Shown here: positions 11,242-21,765 of the stretch, piece after piece | Layout of the letters: each line of letters starts with the position of its first letter | Numbering within the stretch: the first letter of the stretch is position 1 | NCBI GenBank assembly: GCA_963822175.1 | Contig: CAWGGJ010000009.1 | Span: forward strand, 80,795 to 144,794 | Direction: 5' to 3' | Length of the DNA: 64,000 nucleotides | DNA from: an uncultured Chloroflexia bacterium | Lineage (GTDB): Bacteria; Chloroflexota; Anaerolineae; Anaerolineales; UBA4823 | Translations under genes and position numbers: made by a program | The notes under the pieces: generated by a model | What the model saw: the letters and a program-made list of their open reading frames with translations, nothing else | What the model was told of the DNA's origin: nothing | Databases searched by the model: none

Positions 11242-11819
11242 TAATACTCTGCAGCAAACTTGATCTGGTTGCCTTCCATGGAGGTGATCTGAACCAGGGC
11301 TACGACTGGCACTTGCAGGACAGATAATGCCTCCCGACCACCCTCAAAGGTTTTTTCAATCAGCGCACCAATGCCCACCACCGTGGAGCCTGCAGTTTGA
11401 GCCAGGCGCACCAATCCCAGGATGGTGGCACCGGTTGCCAGAAAATCATCAATAATGAGGACACGCTCACCATGCCCGAGATATTCCGGCGAGACGATCA
11501 ATTCAACCATGCGTCCTTTGGTATGAGATGGGCTGAGGGTCAGGAAAACCTGGTCTGGCATGGTTATTGGCTTGGTTTTTCGGGCATAGACCACGGGCAG
11601 ATTAAGATGATAAGCGGTGGTCACCGCCGGGGCGATACCAGAGATTTCTGCCGTCAGGACCTTTGTTGCGCCAATATCTCTGAATCGTTGGGCCAGCTCT
11701 CTTCCGCATGCGTCCATTAATACGGGATCAACCTGATGATTGATAAACCCATCCACTTTGAGGATACCATTGCCAAGATTTTTGCCTTCACGGCTAATTC
11801 TTTCCTGTAATTCTCGCAT
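11241..11819 (-). CDS. xpt: Xanthine phosphoribosyltransferase
   Basis: [25 protein letters not shown]; stop overlaps the guaA start. Confidence 0.92.
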   Translation of the reverse strand: MRELQERISREGKNLGNGILKVDGFINHQVDPVLMDACGRELAQRFRDIGATKVLTAEISGIAPAVTTAYHLNLPVVYARKTKPITMPDQVFLTLSPSHTKGRMVELIVSPEYLGHGERVLIIDDFLATGATILGLVRLAQTAGSTVVGIGALIEKTFEGGREALSVLQVPVVALVQITSMEGNQIKFAAEY

Positions 11820-11899
11820 TAGGGGACTCCTCTTCTAAATCTATAACTCACCTGCCCATCATTTTACAACTCCTTCATCGAAAGAACCAGAGTGAGAGT

Positions 11900-12610
11900 A
11901 TGTTAGAATCGCCGAATATGGTCACAAAGACAGGTGATGGTGTTCGACTATATCTAGCCTCGAATTCAGCTCGGCGGAAGGAGCTGTTATCGCTTTGTGG
12001 CTGGGAATTTGACCTCCTGGCTGCACAGGTGGATGAAACTCCCCTGCCCGGTGAAGATGGTCTGGATTATGTACAGCGCCTGGCGAAAAGCAAGGTGATG
12101 GCATCAGCCAGGCGGGTGGGCGTGGATGGAGTGCTCATTGCCGCCGATACAACCGTGATTGAACGGCAGGGTGATGGTAAAACCCGGATATTGGGTAAGC
12201 CCACTGGTCATGATGAAGCTGTGGAGATGTTGCGCTCCTTGCGCAGCCGCACCCATCAGGTCCACACTGCGCTGGCAATCCTATCCACCCAAGACGGCAC
12301 CTTCTGGTCCGATTTATGCACTACGAATGTGACCATGCGAAACTATCGCGAGGATGAGCTTGAGGATTATGTCGCCAGTGGTGACCCGATGGATAAAGCG
12401 GGTGCGTATGCCATTCAACACGCCGGATTCCACCCGGTCGAAAGGCTGGATGGTTGTTATACCAACGTAATGGGACTGCCATTATGTCACCTGACCCGAA
12501 GCATATTGCGCCTGGGAATTACTGCGAAAGTAGATGTTCCCCAGGCCTGCCATTCCGCAACTGGCTATGAATGTCCAGTCTATCATCAGATATTAATTGA
12601 AAAACCCTAG
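11900..12610 (+). CDS. maf: Maf-family nucleoside triphosphate pyrophosphatase
   Basis: LASNSARRKELL, AADT, ILGKP, DKAGAYAIQ, NVMGLP. Confidence 0.92.
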   Translation: MLESPNMVTKTGDGVRLYLASNSARRKELLSLCGWEFDLLAAQVDETPLPGEDGLDYVQRLAKSKVMASARRVGVDGVLIAADTTVIERQGDGKTRILGKPTGHDEAVEMLRSLRSRTHQVHTALAILSTQDGTFWSDLCTTNVTMRNYREDELEDYVASGDPMDKAGAYAIQHAGFHPVERLDGCYTNVMGLPLCHLTRSILRLGITAKVDVPQACHSATGYECPVYHQILIEKP

Positions 12611-12671
12611 GGTTATGCGTGTAGGTAGTAGTATAATCTCCCTCCCTGAAAGACCAGTGATAAAGATTGTT

Positions 12672-14942
12672 ATGAAAACTCGAATTTTGTTCCTCGTTGC
12701 AGCCGCCATCATCCTGATTGGCTGCACTTCATTAACGCCCCCGACTCCAACTACTACGGTTACCTCGGTCCCCACCTCCACACTACCCGAACCGCAAGTG
12801 GTATCCACTTCTGTTCCCGACCCGGAGGGGATCGCAAAAACCTATCTTGATCATTGGAAGGCTGAAGAATACCCGCAGATGTATGCCTTGTTGACCAAAG
12901 TCAGCCAGGATGCCATCAGCGAGGCCGATTTTACCGCCCGTTACCAGAGCGTGGCAAATGAGGCTGCCCTGAGTGGTTGGGACTATGAAATCCTCTCTTC
13001 GTTGAAAAACCCGGAAAGTGGCCAGGTGGGTTATAGCGTACTTTTGCACAGCGTCCTGGTTGGTGATATTGAACGTGCGACCGTGATGAACCTGGGCCTG
13101 GAAGATGGTGAGTGGAGGATCAAGTGGGATGATTCTCTGATCCTTCCCGAGCTGCTGGGTGGGAACAACCTGATGATGAATTACGACATCCCATCCCGGG
13201 GGAACATCTATGCCAGCGATGGGCGTGCGCTGGTCGCGCAGGCAGATGCGGTGGCAATTGGCCTGGATACCGCTGCCGTCGATCCCGAGCAGGAAGATGC
13301 ACTCCTTGGTGAAATCTACCGCCTGACCGGTGTTCAACCCGAGAAATTATCTGGAATGATCGAAGCCTGGCGCCCATTTGGATATTACCTGCCGGTGGCA
13401 GATATATCCGTGGATGCCCTGGCACCACGCGAGGCAGTCCTGGCAGGCTACTCAGGGGTCATCCTGCAGCCGTTCCGAACCCGCTATTATTTTGATGATG
13501 GGATTTCACCCCATGTTTTGGGATATATGAGCCTGATCCAACCCGAAGAAGTGGATTACTACAAGCGCCTGGGCTACCGTGTCGATGAACGCGTGGGGCG
13601 CGATGGGCTGGAATACTATGCTGAAAAATCGCTGGCAGGCGAGCGGGGTGGGACGCTTTACGTCGTTGATCCCAACAAGAATATCGTCACCCAGCTGGCT
13701 GCCAAAAGTCCGCAACCTGCTGAGGCTATCTATACCACCATCGACTATGACTTGCAGCAGGGGCTGCAGCGGAGCAATGCCCTCAGCGATGGAATGCGCG
13801 GTGCTATTGTTGTCCTGGAACGGGACACTGGCAGGGTGCTGGCAATGCTCTCTTCCCCTGGTTTTAACCCCAATTTATTTGAGCCGCAAAATTACAATTA
13901 CAGCTACCAGATCGATGACCTGTACACCGAAAGCACGCCTTTGCTCAATCGTGCCACCCAGGGGCAATACCCTCTCGGATCGGTTTTTAAGATCATCACC
14001 ATGTCGGCTGCATTGGAAAGCGGGTTGTATACCAAGGATAGCGAATATGAATGCGGTTACTTTTTCACCGAGGTTCCAGGCATAGAGCCGAATGATTGGA
14101 CCTATGAGCATTACCTGGAGGATGGCAAAACCCAACCCAGCGGCTTGTTGACTCTGCCGGAAGGCTTGATGCGCTCTTGCAACCCCTGGTTCATGCATAT
14201 CGGGGTGGATTTATATAATCGCGGCATGTTCACAGCCATCTCAGATATGGCGCGCGGTTTCGGCCTGGGTAGCCCAACCGGGATCGAGATTGGCGATGTG
14301 GCTGGCCAGATCCCTGACCCGACCAGCCAGGTGGATGCGTTTAACCTGGCCATAGCCCAGGGAAATACCATGATCACCCCTCTGCAGGTGGCAGACTTCA
14401 TCGCCGCAGTGGGTAACGGTGGTACCCTTTATACGCCTCAGGTCATCGATCAAATTGTCCCGGTGGATGGTGAACCTACATACGTATTCTCCCCAACCAT
14501 ACGCGGGACTTTACCAATCTCTCCGGAAAATCTTTCCATTGTCCAGGATGCCATGGTCAGTGTGGTCATGGACCCGCGCGGTACAGCTTATCGAACCAAT
14601 GCCTATGGGATCAACAGCTTTGTCAGCAACACGGGCTTCCCGGTGGCAGGAAAGACCGGTACAGCAGAATCGGGTTATGCAGATCCACACGCCTGGTTTG
14701 CTGGATATACCTTTGCCGAGCTGGAAAATCGCCCCGATATCGCCGTGGCCGTCCTGGTTGAAAATGGGGGTGAAGGCTCGGTTGTGGCAGCCCCCATCTT
14801 TCGGCGAGTTCTAGAAATCTATTTCCTGGGCAACCCGCAAATGCGTTATCCATGGGAAGCTCAAATCGGTGTGGTCGCCACCCCAACTCCTGAGGTGACT
14901 GAAACTGCCACACCCGAAGTGACGGAGACTCCAACACCGTAG
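12672..14942 (+). CDS. Class B penicillin-binding protein (lipoprotein, NTF2-like N-domain)
   Basis: Lipobox ILIGC; SxxK (SVFK), SxN (SCN) and KTG (KTGT) motifs; P/T-rich ends. Confidence 0.9.
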   Translation: MKTRILFLVAAAIILIGCTSLTPPTPTTTVTSVPTSTLPEPQVVSTSVPDPEGIAKTYLDHWKAEEYPQMYALLTKVSQDAISEADFTARYQSVANEAALSGWDYEILSSLKNPESGQVGYSVLLHSVLVGDIERATVMNLGLEDGEWRIKWDDSLILPELLGGNNLMMNYDIPSRGNIYASDGRALVAQADAVAIGLDTAAVDPEQEDALLGEIYRLTGVQPEKLSGMIEAWRPFGYYLPVADISVDALAPREAVLAGYSGVILQPFRTRYYFDDGISPHVLGYMSLIQPEEVDYYKRLGYRVDERVGRDGLEYYAEKSLAGERGGTLYVVDPNKNIVTQLAAKSPQPAEAIYTTIDYDLQQGLQRSNALSDGMRGAIVVLERDTGRVLAMLSSPGFNPNLFEPQNYNYSYQIDDLYTESTPLLNRATQGQYPLGSVFKIITMSAALESGLYTKDSEYECGYFFTEVPGIEPNDWTYEHYLEDGKTQPSGLLTLPEGLMRSCNPWFMHIGVDLYNRGMFTAISDMARGFGLGSPTGIEIGDVAGQIPDPTSQVDAFNLAIAQGNTMITPLQVADFIAAVGNGGTLYTPQVIDQIVPVDGEPTYVFSPTIRGTLPISPENLSIVQDAMVSVVMDPRGTAYRTNAYGINSFVSNTGFPVAGKTGTAESGYADPHAWFAGYTFAELENRPDIAVAVLVENGGEGSVVAAPIFRRVLEIYFLGNPQMRYPWEAQIGVVATPTPEVTETATPEVTETPTP

Positions 14943-14945
14943 AGG

Positions 14946-15863
14946 TTGGAAACAAACTTGCGTGGTTTGATCATTTGCTCCCAGTCAGGTTTTTATAGCG
15001 TTGAAACTCAACAAGGCAGCTTCAGCTGCCACCTGCGTGGGCGATTGAAACAGGGTAAGCGCCTGGGGGATATTGTTGCCGTGGGGGATTGGGTAGAGTT
15101 TTCGCCGCAGGATGGCGGAACAGGCATGATCGATGCAGTTGAGCCGCGCCAGCGGTTGCTTTCCCGAATAGCGCCCACACCACGGGGCGAGTACCAGCAG
15201 ATCATCATCGCCAACCCCGACCAGGCGGTATTTATCTTTGCCTGTGCCAAACCAGAGCCCAGGCTGGGTATGCTGGATCGGTTCTTGGTGGTGGCTGAAA
15301 AGCAGGGCATCCCCGTTCTGATCGTTGCAAACAAAGTAGATCTGGTGGGCATTGAGCAAGCGGAAGCGCTGTTTTCACATTATGCCCTTTTGGGATATCC
15401 ACTGCTGTACACGTCAACAAAAAGCAAGCTCGGAATCCAGGAGCTGGAAGAGAAGTTGAGAGGCAAACTCTCGGTATTTGCCGGACCATCCGGGGCAGGA
15501 AAGTCCAGCCTGATGAATTCGATCCAACCCGGGCTTGGTTTAGCGGTCCGGACAGTCAGCCAGGCGACTGCAAAAGGTCGGCACACAACGGTGGTGCGTC
15601 AATTATTTCCCTTGGCTGGTGGGGGCTATGTAGCCGATACGCCAGGACTTAAGGCGCTGGCGTTGTGGGATATACGACCGGAAGAGCTGGACGGTTATTT
15701 CCCTGAGCTGCGTGAATTGGTGGTGGATTGTCAGTTCAACGATTGCACCCATGTACATGAGCCCGGATGCGCCGTGCAGGCTGCCCTGGAACGGGGAGCG
15801 GTACACCCTGAACGTTATGCGTCGTATGTGAGAATGCGCCTGGGCCAGGAGGAACAGGATTAA
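14946..15863 (+). CDS. rsgA: Ribosome small subunit-dependent GTPase A
   Basis: NKVDL, GPSGAGKSS, GRHTT, DTPG and zinc site CQFNDCTHVHEPGC. Confidence 0.95.
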   Translation: METNLRGLIICSQSGFYSVETQQGSFSCHLRGRLKQGKRLGDIVAVGDWVEFSPQDGGTGMIDAVEPRQRLLSRIAPTPRGEYQQIIIANPDQAVFIFACAKPEPRLGMLDRFLVVAEKQGIPVLIVANKVDLVGIEQAEALFSHYALLGYPLLYTSTKSKLGIQELEEKLRGKLSVFAGPSGAGKSSLMNSIQPGLGLAVRTVSQATAKGRHTTVVRQLFPLAGGGYVADTPGLKALALWDIRPEELDGYFPELRELVVDCQFNDCTHVHEPGCAVQAALERGAVHPERYASYVRMRLGQEEQD

Positions 15864-16089
15864 TGTATAATCCATCGGGTTACATATCTCCAGGCAAATT
15901 ATTAAAAGAGATGTATAATCTAGTTGGTAGTATGATTTGCCTAAAGAATAGCTGAGTGGTCCTTTATTGCCCACAGGTTACGGATCCTGCCTGTGAGGTT
16001 TTTCGTCTTAATCATGAACAATCTTTGAACCATTTCAGGAGCAACGGAGTAAGTAATTCAAGGAAGCCTGTATATTTACGGGTGATGAG

Positions 16090-16677
16090 ATGATGGAAGC
16101 GATTTCTGATTCTGAGTTAGTCTGCAGTCTGCAAGGAGGTAGTCTTGAAGCATTGGGCGTGCTTTACGATCGCCACCGTGGACTGGTTTTCCGCACGGCA
16201 CTGGCCATCACCGGAGATGCAGAAGCAGCCGCTGACCTGTTGCAAGATGTCTTTCTGCGTTTGCACCGCTTCGCCGCCCATATCGACCCGCAAAGGCCCC
16301 TGGAGCCATGGCTGTATCGCATGACCACCAACCTTTCATACACCTGGGTCAAGCGGAGGCAACGCTGGCTGCGTCCGCTGGAGGATGTGGCTGAGTGGCT
16401 GGCGGGCACGCGCAAGGAGACCCCCGCATACCAGGCAGAGATGGATGACTCCTGGCGGCAGGTGCAGCAAGCTGTTTCATTGCTTCCCCTATCTCATCGA
16501 GGTGTGGTTGTGCTTTATTATGTCAACGATCTCTCCTTGCAAGAGATATCAGAAATCCTTGATATCCCTGTGGGAACGGTTAAATCACGCTTGCATTATG
16601 GTCGCCAGGCAATGAAACAAAGCCTCGGATTGCTGGCAGGTGAGATATTACCGGATCTGCAGTACGAATTTACTTAA
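16090..16677 (+). CDS. ECF RNA polymerase sigma factor
   Basis: AADLLQDVF, WLYRMTTN, SLQEISEILDIPVGTVKSRLH. Confidence 0.92.
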   Translation: MMEAISDSELVCSLQGGSLEALGVLYDRHRGLVFRTALAITGDAEAAADLLQDVFLRLHRFAAHIDPQRPLEPWLYRMTTNLSYTWVKRRQRWLRPLEDVAEWLAGTRKETPAYQAEMDDSWRQVQQAVSLLPLSHRGVVVLYYVNDLSLQEISEILDIPVGTVKSRLHYGRQAMKQSLGLLAGEILPDLQYEFT

Positions 16678-16752
16678 TCCGCTGATCAATCGCGATTGGT
16701 GGCAATGCCTTGTTCAAGGCCGGCCCTTCTAAGGGTTCAAAGGTGGTGAGGT

Positions 16753-17013
16753 ATGAATAAAAAATCTGACGTACTCTTGCGCAACATGTTGAAAAACTGG
16801 GCGAATCGACAACGTCCTCCAGAGAATGGGAGGGCACGTTTACTATGGGAAGCAGCGCAAGTCTCACGTAACAAAATTGATCTGACCACGCTTTTATTTC
16901 GACCCCGAATAAAACACTACCCCTCTTCACATTCGAACGATTGGCCACAGACACTGTTTACCTGGATTAACGAAAATTCACTCCAGCTCGGTCTCCAGGC
17001 ACGCATCAGTTAA
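16753..17013 (+). CDS. Small hypothetical protein, possible anti-sigma partner
   Basis: 86 aa with GAGG SD, directly after the ECF sigma gene. Confidence 0.6.
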   Translation: MNKKSDVLLRNMLKNWANRQRPPENGRARLLWEAAQVSRNKIDLTTLLFRPRIKHYPSSHSNDWPQTLFTWINENSLQLGLQARIS

Positions 17014-17014
17014 T

Positions 17015-18970
17015 ATGCACCTTAAAAACCTGGCTGTTGCGGTCCTGCTGCTTGGATTAACTGCGTGTAGCTCGGGTGGAGTGGATGGTGGAAGCTCAGT
17101 AATCATACAAGCTTCCCAGGCAGCCGTAGTTTCTCCGCCAGTAACATCCAGTCCTTCCCAGGCAACGGCGACAGCTGTCCCCACCCTGGAGCCAGACCGC
17201 CTGTTAACCATTTGCCTGGTCAATGAACCCCGCTCGCTATTCCTTTATGATGCAGTATCCACATCAGAGCAGAGCGTCCTGGCGGCGATCTATGATGGGC
17301 CGATCGATATAAAGGACTTCACCCCGTCCCCCGTTATCCTTGAAGAACTGCCCTCACTGGCAAATGGAAACGCCCAGCTCCAGCCTGTGCAGGTGGGAGT
17401 GGGAGACTTGATCATCGATGCTCAGGGGAACCTGGTGAACCTGGATGATGGGGTGCTCTACCGTCCTAGTGGCTGCACCCAGCTCACCTGCGCCGAGGCT
17501 TATTCAGGAACCGACCCGGTGCAGATGGATCAGCTTGCGGTGCGTTTCAGGTTGCTACCGGATTTACAATGGTCTGATGGTACCCCATTGACCGCGGCTG
17601 ATTCGGTCTATTCATATGAGGTTGCACGTAGCCTGTTTCCGTCTGCGCTTCCAGACCGGGTGAGCCGAACAGCTTCTTATCAGGCCCTGGATGACCGGAC
17701 GGTGGAATGGGTGGGCGTTCCAGGGTTCATGGATGGGCTGTACCAGGCCAAGTTCTTTTCGCCCCTCCCCCAGCATGCCTGGGCAAACATCCCCGCCGAT
17801 GATCTGGCAAGCAATGGAGCATCCTCCCATATGCCGATCGGATGGGGGGCGTATGTGATCGATGAATGGGTTGCGGGAGACCACATTTCTTTACATGCCA
17901 ACCCGCTTTATTTCCGGGCGGACGAAGGATTACCGTACTTTGACAATTTAGTCTACCGTTTCGTGGCTGACAGCAGCGAAGCCCAATCCGCAGTGCTGGC
18001 AGGCGAATGCGACCTGGTGGACCAGGCTGCCGGCCTCGAATCACAGACAGCCGATTTATTGAAGCTGCAGGATGAAGAGCGCCTGTCGCTGGTCTTCCAG
18101 ACTGCCTTTGCCTGGGATGGACTGGCGTTTGACCTCGGCCCATTGGAGGCAGATCGCCCGGCATTCTTTGCTTCACGCGAAGTGCGCCAGGCGGTGGCGA
18201 TGTGCATCGACCGGCAGGCATTGGTGGACCAGCTTTCGGGAGGCCACATGCAGGTGGCGGATCTATATGCCCCGCCCGAACACCCTCTGTATAACCCGGA
18301 GGCGCCCCAGTATGACTTTGACCCGCAGGCGGCTTCAGAGCTGCTGACATCTATGGGCTGGCTGGATGCGGATAATGATCCCTCCACACCGCGCATTGCC
18401 CAGGGCATTCAGGGAGTAGCTGATGGAACAGGCTTTATCGTGGGGTACCTCACCTCGAACGATACGGAGCACAAGACTGCGGCACAGCTGGTCCAGGCAG
18501 ACCTGCAACAATGCGGTATCCAGCTTGAGATCCTTGCGCAGCCCGCCGAGCAATACCTGGCTGCTGGTCCGGATGGACCTGTGTTCGGGCGTCAGTTTGA
18601 CCTGGCCCAGTTCGCCTGGATGACCGCGGTAGAACCGCCTTGTTCCCTGTACCTTACCAGTGAAATCCCAGGCCCTTATCCCGACTACCCGAAAGGGTGG
18701 GGAGGGGTCAACGCCAGCGGTTATAGCAACGCAGAGTATGACCAGGCCTGCCTGGATGCGCTTTACTCACTGGCAGATATGCCTCAGCACAAAGATGGCC
18801 ATGCAAAAGCACAGGCGATCTTTGCGGAAGACCTGCCTGCCCTCCCACTTTACTGGCACTACCGGGTGGTGATGGGTCGACCGGACCTGTGTGGCATCCC
18901 TCAACAGGCAGTCAGCGAGAGCATTTTTATTGACCTGGAATGGTTCAATTATGGAGACGGCTGCCCGTGA
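17015..18970 (+). CDS. Peptide ABC transporter substrate-binding lipoprotein (family 5), copy 1
   Basis: Lipobox LTAC; WSDGTPLTAADSVY, GWGAYVIDEW, VRQAVAMCIDR. Confidence 0.9.
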   Translation: MHLKNLAVAVLLLGLTACSSGGVDGGSSVIIQASQAAVVSPPVTSSPSQATATAVPTLEPDRLLTICLVNEPRSLFLYDAVSTSEQSVLAAIYDGPIDIKDFTPSPVILEELPSLANGNAQLQPVQVGVGDLIIDAQGNLVNLDDGVLYRPSGCTQLTCAEAYSGTDPVQMDQLAVRFRLLPDLQWSDGTPLTAADSVYSYEVARSLFPSALPDRVSRTASYQALDDRTVEWVGVPGFMDGLYQAKFFSPLPQHAWANIPADDLASNGASSHMPIGWGAYVIDEWVAGDHISLHANPLYFRADEGLPYFDNLVYRFVADSSEAQSAVLAGECDLVDQAAGLESQTADLLKLQDEERLSLVFQTAFAWDGLAFDLGPLEADRPAFFASREVRQAVAMCIDRQALVDQLSGGHMQVADLYAPPEHPLYNPEAPQYDFDPQAASELLTSMGWLDADNDPSTPRIAQGIQGVADGTGFIVGYLTSNDTEHKTAAQLVQADLQQCGIQLEILAQPAEQYLAAGPDGPVFGRQFDLAQFAWMTAVEPPCSLYLTSEIPGPYPDYPKGWGGVNASGYSNAEYDQACLDALYSLADMPQHKDGHAKAQAIFAEDLPALPLYWHYRVVMGRPDLCGIPQQAVSESIFIDLEWFNYGDGCP

Positions 18971-19320
18971 GCTTTATCGAGCAAGGAGTAGCCAGTGTAT
19001 CGCACGTCATTGCGTGGAGGTGAAAGGGTTAAGAAGCGGGAGCACCATGCTATGCCAGGATGGTGGTAGTCCCGTGGAAATACCTCATCTCAATGACCAC
19101 AATGGTCACCTTCATGACCATTGACCAATTGGAGGATTTTGAGTATAGTTCAGACGTTAACAAAAGGTTAGGAATTCGTTATAATTATCCTCCATCCATT
19201 AACCTGAACACCTTGAAAGGAGGTGGTTTTTTCGGCAATAACGGTATGTGATAAATGTAAGAGCATTCTTGATTAAGAAAAAATACAAACCAAACAAAAT
19301 TCTCTTTGGAGGAGAAAATA

Positions 19321-21342
19321 ATGTCCCGTAAATCAATATTTTTAGCCCTGAGCTTTTTGGCACTTTTAGCCTTAGCGCTCGCGGCCTGCACCCCGACGGA
19401 AGTTGTCAAGACCGTCGTCGTCACCCAGGAAGTTGTTACCGAGGGTGAAACGGTAATCCAGGAAGTGGTTGTAACTGCCACCCCCGCGCCCGAAGTACCC
19501 ACCGAAGCAGCCCCCCGCACCCTGGTGGTCTGCATGGGCCAGGAACCCGACACACTGTACCTCTGGGGCGGCAATATGCTGGCTGCCAGCCAGGTGCAGC
19601 AAGCCATCTACGACGGCCCGATCGATACCAATACCTTCGACTACCAGCCCGTCATTCTTGAGAAGCTCCCCAGCCTGGCGGATGGCGATGCGCTGATCCA
19701 GACCGTGGCGGTTGCGGAAGGTGATTCAGTGGTTGATAACGATGGCAACCCGGCGACCCTGACAGCCAAGACCACGGATGCCCCGGGCACCATGGTGCGC
19801 CCCGCTGGATGCCGTGCCACAGACTGTGCCGTGGAATATGATGGCACCAATGTTACCGAGATGGACCAGATGGTGGTCACCTTTAAGATGCTGCCCAACC
19901 TGCTCTGGTCGGATGGCACCCCGATGACCGCTGCTGACTCAGTTTATAATTTCGGGTTGTACATGTCCCCGGATAGCCCAGCAGCAACCCGCTATGCTGG
20001 TGAGCGCACTACTTCTTATGAAGCTGCGGACGATGTGACCAATGTCTGGACCGGTATGCCCGGCTATATGGACTCGGTTTACTACACCAATTTCTGGCAA
20101 CCTATGCCCGAGCATATCATGGGGCAGTACACTCCAGCTGACATCGTGACCAATTTTGATGCCCAGGGTATGTGGCTGGGTTGGGGTCCGTATGTCATTG
20201 ACGAGTGGGTCAAGGGCGAGCAGATCACCCTGCACAAGAACCCGAACTACTGGCGCGCCAGCGAAGGCCTGCCTGTGTTTGATAACCTGGTCTATCGCTT
20301 CACCGGTGGTGATGCCAATGCCGCCATCGCAGCAATCCTGGCTGGCGAGTGCGACATTGTTGACCAGACCACTGCCCTGGATGGACAATCTCAGCTGCTG
20401 CTTGAGCTGCAGGCTGCTAATCAGCTGGATGCCACCTTCGTCACCGGCACCACTTGGGAGCACACTGACTTCAACATCAAACCCATCGATACCATCATCA
20501 ACACCGGCGCCTTCGCTGGCTGGGATGAAGATGGTGATGGATTTGGCCCCTTTGGAGATGTCCGCCTGCGCCAGGCGATTGCCATGTGCATGGATCGCCA
20601 GGCTGTAGTGGATACTGCCCTGTACGGTCAGTCGATCGTGCTCGACACCTATATCCCCCCCAACCACCCTCTCTACAACCCCGATGTCAAGAGCTGGCCG
20701 TATGACCCCGCTGCTGCCGCAGCCCTGCTGGACGAGATCGGCTGGGTGGACGATGACGGTGACCCGGCTACCCCGCGCATTGCCAAGGGCGTGACCGGCG
20801 TACCCGATAATACCCCCTTAGCCATGAACTATGGCACCACCACCGCTGTCCTGCGCCAGCAGGTGACCCAGATCCTGCAGCAACCCCTGGCAGATTGTGG
20901 TATCGGGATCAACCTGGAATACTACCCCGCCAGCGAGTGGTTTGCTGATGGTCCGGATGGCGTGCTGATGGGCCGCCGCACTGACCTGGGTGAGTTCGCC
21001 TGGCTGACCGGTGTACAACCTGCCTGCGACCTGTACCTGAGCACCCAAATCATGGGACCCGAGAACGGCTGGTCTGGCCAGAACCAGACTGGTTTCACCA
21101 ACGCAGAGTACGATGCCGCCTGCAACCAGGCGTTACAATCCCTGCCTGGTGAGGATGCTTACACCGAAGGTCACCTGGAAGCCCAGCGCATCTTTGGTGA
21201 GGAGCTGCCGGTGGTACCCCTGTTCCTGCGCCTCAAACTGGCGGCAACCCGTCCTGACATGTGCAACTTCATCATGGACCCGACCGCCAACAGCGAGATG
21301 TGGAACGTCGAGAACTTTGACTACGGTTCCTGCGCTCAGTAA
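19321..21342 (+). CDS. Peptide ABC transporter substrate-binding lipoprotein (family 5), copy 2
   Basis: Lipobox LAAC; WSDGTPMTAADSVY, GPYVIDEW; codon usage suggests high expression. Confidence 0.92.
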   Translation: MSRKSIFLALSFLALLALALAACTPTEVVKTVVVTQEVVTEGETVIQEVVVTATPAPEVPTEAAPRTLVVCMGQEPDTLYLWGGNMLAASQVQQAIYDGPIDTNTFDYQPVILEKLPSLADGDALIQTVAVAEGDSVVDNDGNPATLTAKTTDAPGTMVRPAGCRATDCAVEYDGTNVTEMDQMVVTFKMLPNLLWSDGTPMTAADSVYNFGLYMSPDSPAATRYAGERTTSYEAADDVTNVWTGMPGYMDSVYYTNFWQPMPEHIMGQYTPADIVTNFDAQGMWLGWGPYVIDEWVKGEQITLHKNPNYWRASEGLPVFDNLVYRFTGGDANAAIAAILAGECDIVDQTTALDGQSQLLLELQAANQLDATFVTGTTWEHTDFNIKPIDTIINTGAFAGWDEDGDGFGPFGDVRLRQAIAMCMDRQAVVDTALYGQSIVLDTYIPPNHPLYNPDVKSWPYDPAAAAALLDEIGWVDDDGDPATPRIAKGVTGVPDNTPLAMNYGTTTAVLRQQVTQILQQPLADCGIGINLEYYPASEWFADGPDGVLMGRRTDLGEFAWLTGVQPACDLYLSTQIMGPENGWSGQNQTGFTNAEYDAACNQALQSLPGEDAYTEGHLEAQRIFGEELPVVPLFLRLKLAATRPDMCNFIMDPTANSEMWNVENFDYGSCAQ

Positions 21343-21389
21343 CTCTTGCAGTGCATGTACCTAGCTGAAACATATAGTTAAGTAAGATC

Positions 21390-21423
21390 ATGATGGTGGC
21401 AGCCCTGAGGCTGCCACCATCAT
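21390..21423 (+). terminator. Perfect 15-bp hairpin after the binding-protein gene
   Basis: ATGATGGTGGCAGCC-CTGA-GGCTGCCACCATCAT. Confidence 0.75.
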
Positions 21424-21457
21424 TCCTGAATCAAATGTGATGAATAGTATAAGCAGT

Positions 21458-21562
21458 GTCATTGCGAGGAGCGGTTTGTGCGACGAAGCAATCTTCACCA
21501 TTTGTGTTGAAGATAACTTTGACAAAGAACGCCTCGTATACCCTTACGGGCTCTAGATGACA
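21458..21562. repeat. Degenerate palindromic repeat element of the GTCATTGCGAG...CGAAGCAATC type
   Basis: GTCATTGCGAGGAGCG...CGACGAAGCAATC at 21458-21493; the second half is decayed. Confidence 0.55.
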
Positions 21563-21679
21563 CCTTTATGTGGCAATATCAATCTCCGGTCCATAATTAT
21601 TAAAAATTGAATATAATTGTTGAACCAAAATCATGATGAATAGTAATACTAGTGACTTTGAAAACAATTTAATTCATCC

Positions 21680-21734
21680 GTAGGGCAACTTTCCACAGCC
21701 TCTGCATCCTGGAGGCTATGGAAAGTTGCCGTAC
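21680..21734. repeat. GTAG-initiated long hairpin (REP-like)
   Basis: GTAG followed by GGCAACTTTCCACAGCCTC / GAGGCTATGGAAAGTTGCC, 18 of 19 positions paired. Confidence 0.6.
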
Positions 21735-21765
21735 CTGAATAGCATCTATTGTTGTGGAGGTGAGT

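Noticed and set aside
11820-11899. Purine riboswitch upstream of xpt-guaA
   Set aside because: The intergenic gap is only about 80 nt, is shared with divergent maf, and has no purine aptamer consensus.
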